This document shows positions 57,986-64,000 of a DNA stretch of 64,000 bases, one piece after another. Numbering within the stretch: the first letter of the stretch is position 1; the number at the start of each line of letters is the position of its first letter. The notes beneath the pieces are model-generated. The model was not told the origin of the DNA. It saw only the letters and a program-made list of their open reading frames with translations, and made no database searches. This DNA comes from a virus. A program made the position numbers and the translations under genes. The stretch is taken from IMG/VR virus record IMGVR_UViG_3300026445_000027, positions 64,001 to 128,000 of that record; one strand, given 5' to 3'.

Positions 57986-59311
57986 ATGACAGCTTTTGTC
58001 CCCTTCAGTTGGTTCGAGCCGCTATCGGAACACGGTATCGGTTGTATTGCTGGGATGGAGGAACTCTTTAGTGATATTAACTACAAGAGTGACCAAGCCA
58101 TCCTGGCCGTGTGTAACAAGTTTGGTGAGTACCTAGACATCACCCCACAATGGGCTATGTCACTGCGACGCTATGTTTATGGTTTCACCACCCGTACAGT
58201 GGGCATGGTCAACTATCTGGACTTCTTCGGTAGCCCTTACCTGGGACTCCAGAAAATTACCTTTACCACTGGGGACCGTAACTTATGGTTCAGCGAGATC
58301 TTCGACGTCGACGAAGAAGAACTCAAAGAGAACCTGCACGAAGTCAAGTCCATTCAGAAAGAGTGGAACGTAGTAGGGGATGTGTTCAACATGACCATCC
58401 CTTATCTGCTGTACCGCACGTACCACTCCAAGCTAGACCCCAAGACGAAACACCAAGCAATGGTGGATATCGTCTGCATGTATCACTACAAGTGCTTCAC
58501 CAGCATCATTCACAACGACTACCCTTACCAAGCACGTAAGGAAGTGGTCCTGGAAACCTACAATCGCTTGTCGAAGAAATACGACATCAAGCAGTACGGT
58601 AGCTGGCGTGCACTGATTGAAGCCCGAGCGAACTTCATCCTGGATCCCAAGACTGGCATCCACTTCGATGCGTTCACCAAAATGGACGACGATAAAAAGA
58701 TCGTCTACATGGTCGGGGATATCCAAAACCGGTTCCGCCGGGTAATCAACGATATCAACAAGGTATTCCACGAAGTAAAGAACAAGACCAACATCGTCTC
58801 CATTGAAGGAGCAAAGGTAAACCTCCAGGACGAGATTACCATCAAGTCGGTGTCCAAGGAAGTTACCCAGAACAACTTGTATATTGACCGGATCCTCACA
58901 GAGGAAACGTCGTTTTACAAGCCCGAGCTGGTTAACTATGCCTCCTCCGTTTTGGAGCACCCCAATACCGAGAAACTCGCTTACTTGGTACAGCAGTTAC
59001 CTGGGGCCTACAAGAACCCCAAAGACAAACATGCTAAGGTGTTTGTCGATGCCGTAATCGAACACATGTGGGAATACCTGCACTCGAACGGCATCAAGAA
59101 GACCAACGTGTCGGAAGTCCTTGTTAGACTGCGTGGTGCATATGGGGCACCCAAGTCCAACAACAACACCGTTAAGGTGGTACGCCAGGAAGGGGAAGAA
59201 GTCGTCCGTAAACTGACGGGTATCAAAACCCCGATGGCGGTACAATCCTTGCGTGCTGGACTCAGTCTGTACATCGTTATCCGAATCCTTTCCAAAGACC
59301 TCTACGACTAA
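57986..59311 (+). CDS. Conserved protein, probably a processed head protein
   Basis: 441 aa; N-terminal AGMEE motif. Confidence 0.6.
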   Translation: MTAFVPFSWFEPLSEHGIGCIAGMEELFSDINYKSDQAILAVCNKFGEYLDITPQWAMSLRRYVYGFTTRTVGMVNYLDFFGSPYLGLQKITFTTGDRNLWFSEIFDVDEEELKENLHEVKSIQKEWNVVGDVFNMTIPYLLYRTYHSKLDPKTKHQAMVDIVCMYHYKCFTSIIHNDYPYQARKEVVLETYNRLSKKYDIKQYGSWRALIEARANFILDPKTGIHFDAFTKMDDDKKIVYMVGDIQNRFRRVINDINKVFHEVKNKTNIVSIEGAKVNLQDEITIKSVSKEVTQNNLYIDRILTEETSFYKPELVNYASSVLEHPNTEKLAYLVQQLPGAYKNPKDKHAKVFVDAVIEHMWEYLHSNGIKKTNVSEVLVRLRGAYGAPKSNNNTVKVVRQEGEEVVRKLTGIKTPMAVQSLRAGLSLYIVIRILSKDLYD

Positions 59312-59320
59312 GGTAAGACC

Positions 59321-59614
59321 ATGACCATCGCCAACGCTAAAATCGAACGCTACAACGAAACCCACATCCTGGGTGTAGCGGAGTTGACCCACTCGAAAGG
59401 CACCGAAGAAGTGCGCTTTGTAGCACCGAAGCCAGTGGAAGGTTTCGACCCGCACGGCAGCCCAGAGCTCGATGCCAGTGCGCGTTATTTCTCCAGCCCA
59501 ATGATCGCGCATACCAACTTCGACGACTTGTCGAATAACGTAGTGCTCACCCCAGCGTTCATCGGTCGCGACCTGGGTGCCATGCAAGCCCATCTGGTCA
59601 AGAACTTTAAGTAA
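59321..59614 (+). CDS. Small hypothetical protein
   Basis: 97 aa, AAGGT RBS. Confidence 0.65.
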   Translation: MTIANAKIERYNETHILGVAELTHSKGTEEVRFVAPKPVEGFDPHGSPELDASARYFSSPMIAHTNFDDLSNNVVLTPAFIGRDLGAMQAHLVKNFK

Positions 59615-59621
59615 GCGATCA

Positions 59622-59656
59622 TATACCCTCCTGGCCGTCAAGGCCAGGAGGGTATA
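59622..59656. terminator. 15-bp hairpin between convergent genes
   Basis: tataccctcctggcc-gtcaa-ggccaggagggtata. Confidence 0.75.
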
Positions 59657-59660
59657 GCCC

Positions 59661-62600
59661 TTATGCTGCAAGTTTACGTTCAAGCATCCGTTTAGCGCGT
59701 TCGATCTTGGCCCCTTCAAGCAGGCTGTCGACAGTAAGCAGCTTCGCGGTTTCTGCTGGGAGCAACTTAGTTAACTTACGGATCTCAGCTTCCAGACGCA
59801 ATGCCAGGATGTTGTCATTGGTTTTCAGCAGTTCTTCAGTAAGCCCGTTGATTTTCAACCTAATGTTGTCAAAGAACGCCACAATACTCGGGTCCATCTT
59901 GGTCTCTTCTTTCTGCTTACCTACGTCCAGTAGGTTTTGCGTGTCAGTAAGAGCCAGTGCAGGCATGATCCCGTAGTACGGTTTGTTACCACCCAACTTG
60001 ATGAACCAGTACGTCAGCAACCAAGCAATTACCAAGTCATCGTGTTGCTTAGAGTCGTGGTCAATGCGATCGCCCTTAGTCCGCAGGTTGATCAACTCAT
60101 CAGCCAGTTTGTCGTAAGCAATGCCATACCCCGTTACAGCAACTGCTTCCTGAATCAAACCATACAGCACCTTACGCGACGACGCCGAAGTGTTGAAGCC
60201 GAACAAGTGTTTGTATTTCAGGTAGAAGTTTTTGTCCCGGTACGAGAACTTGGTGTTCTGCACTGCTTCCAGTTCCTTGGAGTGCAATGCGGGTTCGTGG
60301 TAGACCTGGTTGAATATCCGCTGGAATGGGTCCATCCCTTTGGACGGCAGCAGGATAAGTAAGCTGTCGATCATGTGGTGAGCATAGTTACGCTCGATTA
60401 CCAGCACACTGTTCTGCAACACTTGCAGCATGTCCACGATAATCGCTGTAACGTCGTCCAGCATAGCCAGTGGGTAACGACCTACCCCAACGACCTTGCC
60501 GGTCTTCATCGAGCGGATAATCAGTGTACAGGCGTCCTTGTTGATGGCCGACGACGTATCCACCCCAATGATGAAGTGGTCGTTGTGTTCCTTCTTGGAC
60601 ATTTCCATCAACTGCTCTTGCGTAACAAAGAAGTCTACGAACAGACCACTGTCACGGTATTCCTTACTCCAGAGTTTCTCCCGCTTAACGTTGTTGATGG
60701 CTTCACGAGTCAAGTCATCGAACAGCCGGTTCTCACCGTCCTCCACCCACATTAACAACAAGTCGATCTTGGCCTTAGCAAGACTGAGGTTGAGCTCGTC
60801 GATTGTCCGTTTGACCCAGTCTTTGTTTTTACCCAACTGCATGTAGTTGTAAACCATGGACACCGACGGTGCGGTAGTCTTAGTTGGGCTAGCACGAATC
60901 AAGCGGTCTTTGAGGTGGGACTCACTGTACGAGTCAAAGAACTTCTCACGCCACTCGGTAGCAGACATTAACTTCTCGAACATGAATGCACCACTTGGAT
61001 GCAGGGTCGTGTTCGGAGTAGTGATATATCCAATACCGTATGGCTGGCCGTTCTCCCGACACAGTTCCATCTCAGTAAGTGCAGATGGCATCGCGCCGTT
61101 GATGATCGCCTCAATCCAGGAGATATACCCTGGTTCATCGAGGAACGTGGTGCCTACCGTTAAACCACGACCAACGTCACCCGCGGCATCCTGGCCGATC
61201 TGTGGAACGTTAATCGTTAGTACGTTTACCTTGTCCTCACCAAACGCCCGGTAAGTTAAGTAGGTACCTGCGTCTTTGTCCTTGTACGTCGAGTTAACCA
61301 GGTAGTTCGGAATACAACTCCGCATCCGTTTAACTGCGTCAATGAACTGCGCACGGTTATCCGACTTCAGCGTAATCACATGGGTCTTGTAGCCACGACC
61401 GTTGATATACGTTAACCAGAAGTTAATGACCTGGACCGACACCGTGTTGTGGGTGACGATAAAGTCATCGGTGATATACAGGTGCTGTTCGTTATCCACC
61501 TCAATGCAGGTACACTCTTGATCACCACTAAATTCAATCTTGGTGATGAAAAGCTGGTTGGGTACGTTAGGTTCTTCAGCCTCGTTGAACTTGTAGTACT
61601 TGCAACCTTCTGGCAGAGTGATTACCACACCTTCATCAGTGGCGGTAGCAGTACCACCGAGTCCCCGTGCCAGATATTGGAGTTGATTTACGATTACCCG
61701 GTTAGAGGTCTTATACAGCAAACCCTTTGGGGTAGGGTGGGCTAGATCCAGAAACGCGTGTAACACGTCACTGCGGTCCTCTATACAGCCTTCCAGGTAG
61801 TCCTGTGGCAGACCCTGTGCGTGAGTGATGCTCAGGTCGTTATCATTGGACATGCGCAGGTAGGCACTGTCACCTTGGATCACCAGTTTCAGGTGTTTAG
61901 GCAACTTGTTGCTCAGGTACCAAGTAGCTTTCTGACTGATCTTACCCAGATGGATTAACTTACCATCGTTAGGCGCAGCAAACAGCAGACCCATCACATA
62001 AGGACGGATCATACGTTTCTTTTTGGGTGGTCCTTCTTCAGGCTCGATCAGCGGTAGTTCAATCTTGATACCTTTATTGATACGTCGTTTAATCTGGGAC
62101 GTGGTGTACTCATCCCAGATAGGGTCTACGTTGACCTTACGGTTATGGTCGCCAACCGACCACAGGTGTTCTGCCCCAGCTTCCGTGGTACGTCCATCCG
62201 AGCAGGTAACCAAGTAGGTACGTTTCTTACCTTGTGGGTGTACACCAATGACCGTGGTCTCGTTACCATAGCGGTCAATGATCTCATCACCAACCCGCAG
62301 GTCACCGATATTAACCCAATGGTCTTGCGGACGACCGTAAGCATTTTCTTTACGCTTCTTACGGACTTTCTTGGTATTCGGTTGGTACTTGCCCTGCTGA
62401 CGGGGCATGATCATGTAACTAGTAATGTGGTTCAGGTAGTTCCAGATAAAACTGATGTTACCCCGGTTAGCCTGGAAATAACGATCCGCCCGTACCTTAC
62501 AGACTTCACGTAGGAAATACCAGAAGTTAGCCCGGCACTCCTCCATGATCCACTGACGTTGTTCGTTAGTGAGATCCTCGGCATAAGGGTCCACACCACG

Positions 62601-62930
62601 CAACATTGGGTTGTTCAATTGCAGACAGAAGAAATAGTTCTTGATACCTTGCCGTTTGAAAATCTCGGCAGTACGCAGGAAACTATGGTTCTTAGTCTTG
62701 TTGTCAGGGATTGCACCGTAACGAGGAAAGTCCTTGAGGAACCTCACCGTCTTAATACTGTGCAGACTGTCCTCGTTGAAATGAGCCATTAAGGTCTCAT
62801 CATCAGTACGTGAGTGGCTGTCGATCCGTTTGGCCTGATCGTCGATCAGTTCCTTAGGTAATGTGTGAGCACCCAGGTATTCCTGCAGCTTCTTAGCTGA
62901 CTCGAGGAGCTTGGAATAATCAGAAGACAC
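59661..62930 (-). CDS. terL: Terminase large subunit (intein-containing)
   Basis: Walker A PRQQGK|T split by the intein, Walker B FLDE, TTPN, nuclease GVD...ERN...HDD. Confidence 0.9.
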   Translation of the reverse strand: MSSDYSKLLESAKKLQEYLGAHTLPKELIDDQAKRIDSHSRTDDETLMAHFNEDSLHSIKTVRFLKDFPRYGAIPDNKTKNHSFLRTAEIFKRQGIKNYFFCLQLNNPMLRGVDPYAEDLTNEQRQWIMEECRANFWYFLREVCKVRADRYFQANRGNISFIWNYLNHITSYMIMPRQQGKYQPNTKKVRKKRKENAYGRPQDHWVNIGDLRVGDEIIDRYGNETTVIGVHPQGKKRTYLVTCSDGRTTEAGAEHLWSVGDHNRKVNVDPIWDEYTTSQIKRRINKGIKIELPLIEPEEGPPKKKRMIRPYVMGLLFAAPNDGKLIHLGKISQKATWYLSNKLPKHLKLVIQGDSAYLRMSNDNDLSITHAQGLPQDYLEGCIEDRSDVLHAFLDLAHPTPKGLLYKTSNRVIVNQLQYLARGLGGTATATDEGVVITLPEGCKYYKFNEAEEPNVPNQLFITKIEFSGDQECTCIEVDNEQHLYITDDFIVTHNTVSVQVINFWLTYINGRGYKTHVITLKSDNRAQFIDAVKRMRSCIPNYLVNSTYKDKDAGTYLTYRAFGEDKVNVLTINVPQIGQDAAGDVGRGLTVGTTFLDEPGYISWIEAIINGAMPSALTEMELCRENGQPYGIGYITTPNTTLHPSGAFMFEKLMSATEWREKFFDSYSESHLKDRLIRASPTKTTAPSVSMVYNYMQLGKNKDWVKRTIDELNLSLAKAKIDLLLMWVEDGENRLFDDLTREAINNVKREKLWSKEYRDSGLFVDFFVTQEQLMEMSKKEHNDHFIIGVDTSSAINKDACTLIIRSMKTGKVVGVGRYPLAMLDDVTAIIVDMLQVLQNSVLVIERNYAHHMIDSLLILLPSKGMDPFQRIFNQVYHEPALHSKELEAVQNTKFSYRDKNFYLKYKHLFGFNTSASSRKVLYGLIQEAVAVTGYGIAYDKLADELINLRTKGDRIDHDSKQHDDLVIAWLLTYWFIKLGGNKPYYGIMPALALTDTQNLLDVGKQKEETKMDPSIVAFFDNIRLKINGLTEELLKTNDNILALRLEAEIRKLTKLLPAETAKLLTVDSLLEGAKIERAKRMLERKLAA
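61446..62387 (-). mobile_element. Class-3 intein (314 aa) with degenerate LAGLIDADG endonuclease
   Basis: Starts YQP, block B EHLW, block F CTCIEV, block G VTHN followed by +1 Thr. Confidence 0.85.
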
Positions 62931-62958
62931 TATAAATCCCCCAAGCGGTTTAAAGGAG

Positions 62959-62988
62959 CTAACCTACCGGCTTACGCCGGTAGGTTAG
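62959..62988. terminator. 13-bp intergenic hairpin
   Basis: ctaacctaccggc-ttac-gccggtaggttag. Confidence 0.65.
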
Positions 62989-63002
62989 TAATCACGTAGT
63001 AT

Positions 63003-64000
63003 TTACGCAGTGACGCTGACACCAGTGTTAGCCAATTGGATTTCGTTACCAGCTGAATCCCGTTTGACCCACACCACGAACCAGGTCTTGCCAGTCTGTA
63101 CCGAGATCGGTAGTGCCAAGTCCTTGTTCCAGTCAGACAGTGGGTACATCCACTTACGCCCGTCTTCGTGCATCAAGTAGAAGTGGGTAGGTGTAGGTGC
63201 CTTGTCTTCGTTGAACGAGTCGAAGCTTGGGTAGATACCCCAGTACAGCAGGTTCAGCCAAGCAGACTGCGAAGCCATGGCGTTGGTCAAGCTAACTTTG
63301 GTGTTGGCACCATCGTTGACTTTGATTTTCAGTTCAGCACCCTGGTAGGTCGGTTTGTCGAAGACGAAGCTAACCTCGAACTTACGACCAGCCGTATTGA
63401 GATCGCGCAACAAGGTGATCTCGGTATACTGAATGAACGTTACGGATTCGTAATCAATCGACACATCACGCAGGTTGATGTTGAAAATCATCGACTGTGC
63501 TACGCCGTAAGTAGACGGACGCCATGCCGGGGACTGACTGTTGATCTTGACTTTTGCCGACACGTCAACAAAGGTCTTACGGTCGAGGTCATACAGGAAG
63601 TGCTGCAGACGGTAACCGTTGATCGTCGAATCCCACTGTGGGTAGGTGAACAGACGTGGGCTGTACGCACCTTCCTTGGCCGCTGCTTCGAACGTGTAGA
63701 TAGCCCGCTCGAATTCAGGGTTACCGGGACGGGCAACGTAGAACTGCTCGTTAGCCGCCAGCTTGTACACCAGTACCACTTGCGAAGTCTGACCTGGGTA
63801 GCTAGGGCGGTGTTCCTGCAAGCCCTCGATAGAGAACTTGGTACCGTTGACTGCCAACGGACCAGAGCTGCTACCGTCGCTGTACAGTACTTCCGCACGC
63901 AACTCCAAGGATAGCAAGTTGACGTTGATCGGCACCATAACCTTATCAGGGTTGTTGGCGTTGCTGAACCATGGTGTAAGCAGACGAATCGAGTCGATGT
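63003..64000 (-). CDS. Partial virion structural protein upstream of terL (5' end outside window)
   Basis: Frame stays open beyond 63938 to the window end; beta-rich. Confidence 0.7.
   Translation of the reverse strand, partial: IDSIRLLTPWFSNANNPDKVMVPINVNLLSLELRAEVLYSDGSSSGPLAVNGTKFSIEGLQEHRPSYPGQTSQVVLVYKLAANEQFYVARPGNPEFERAIYTFEAAAKEGAYSPRLFTYPQWDSTINGYRLQHFLYDLDRKTFVDVSAKVKINSQSPAWRPSTYGVAQSMIFNINLRDVSIDYESVTFIQYTEITLLRDLNTAGRKFEVSFVFDKPTYQGAELKIKVNDGANTKVSLTNAMASQSAWLNLLYWGIYPSFDSFNEDKAPTPTHFYLMHEDGRKWMYPLSDWNKDLALPISVQTGKTWFVVWVKRDSAGNEIQLANTGVSVTA

Noticed and set aside
8203-62988. CRISPR array or REP/IS elements
   Set aside because: The palindromes are single, dispersed and non-identical; no repeat-spacer periodicity, cas gene or transposase seen
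1-64000. Alternative genetic code or stop-codon reassignment
   Set aside because: Core genes are full length in code 11 with TAA, TAG and TGA all used as stops; no suppressor tRNA seen

Overview
This window is a core-genome segment of a nucleus-forming, phiKZ-like jumbo phage (Chimalliviridae-type), roughly 50% GC by eye; a Pseudomonas-like host is inferred, not shown. All assignments come from motif reading and remembered phiKZ/phiPA3 synteny, with no database searches. From left to right: (1) virion head, inner-body and baseplate genes; (2) the exonuclease half of a split family-B DNA polymerase; (3) a probable -1 frameshifting tail-assembly gene pair; (4) a virion RNAP beta' subunit; (5) the phage-nucleus block (SF2 helicase, nvRNAP subunits, PicA/Imp1-, gp68- and ChmC-like genes, SbcD-like nuclease, chimallin, PolB palm subunit, PhuZ); (6) a 2.1-kb non-coding RNA island; (7) four tandem paralogues next to an HslV-like Ntn protease; (8) an AT-rich origin-like spacer; (9) a large terminase carrying a class-3 intein. 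The most interesting unexplained signals are the RNA island (three tRNAs alternating with structured RNAs, including a 140-nt enlarged tRNA mimic and two copies of an unrecognised T-loop RNA), the protease plus shared-domain paralogue array, the frameshift site, the SSB-tail mimic on ChmC, and the ssDNA mini-hairpin locus at 56.85-57.02 kb.
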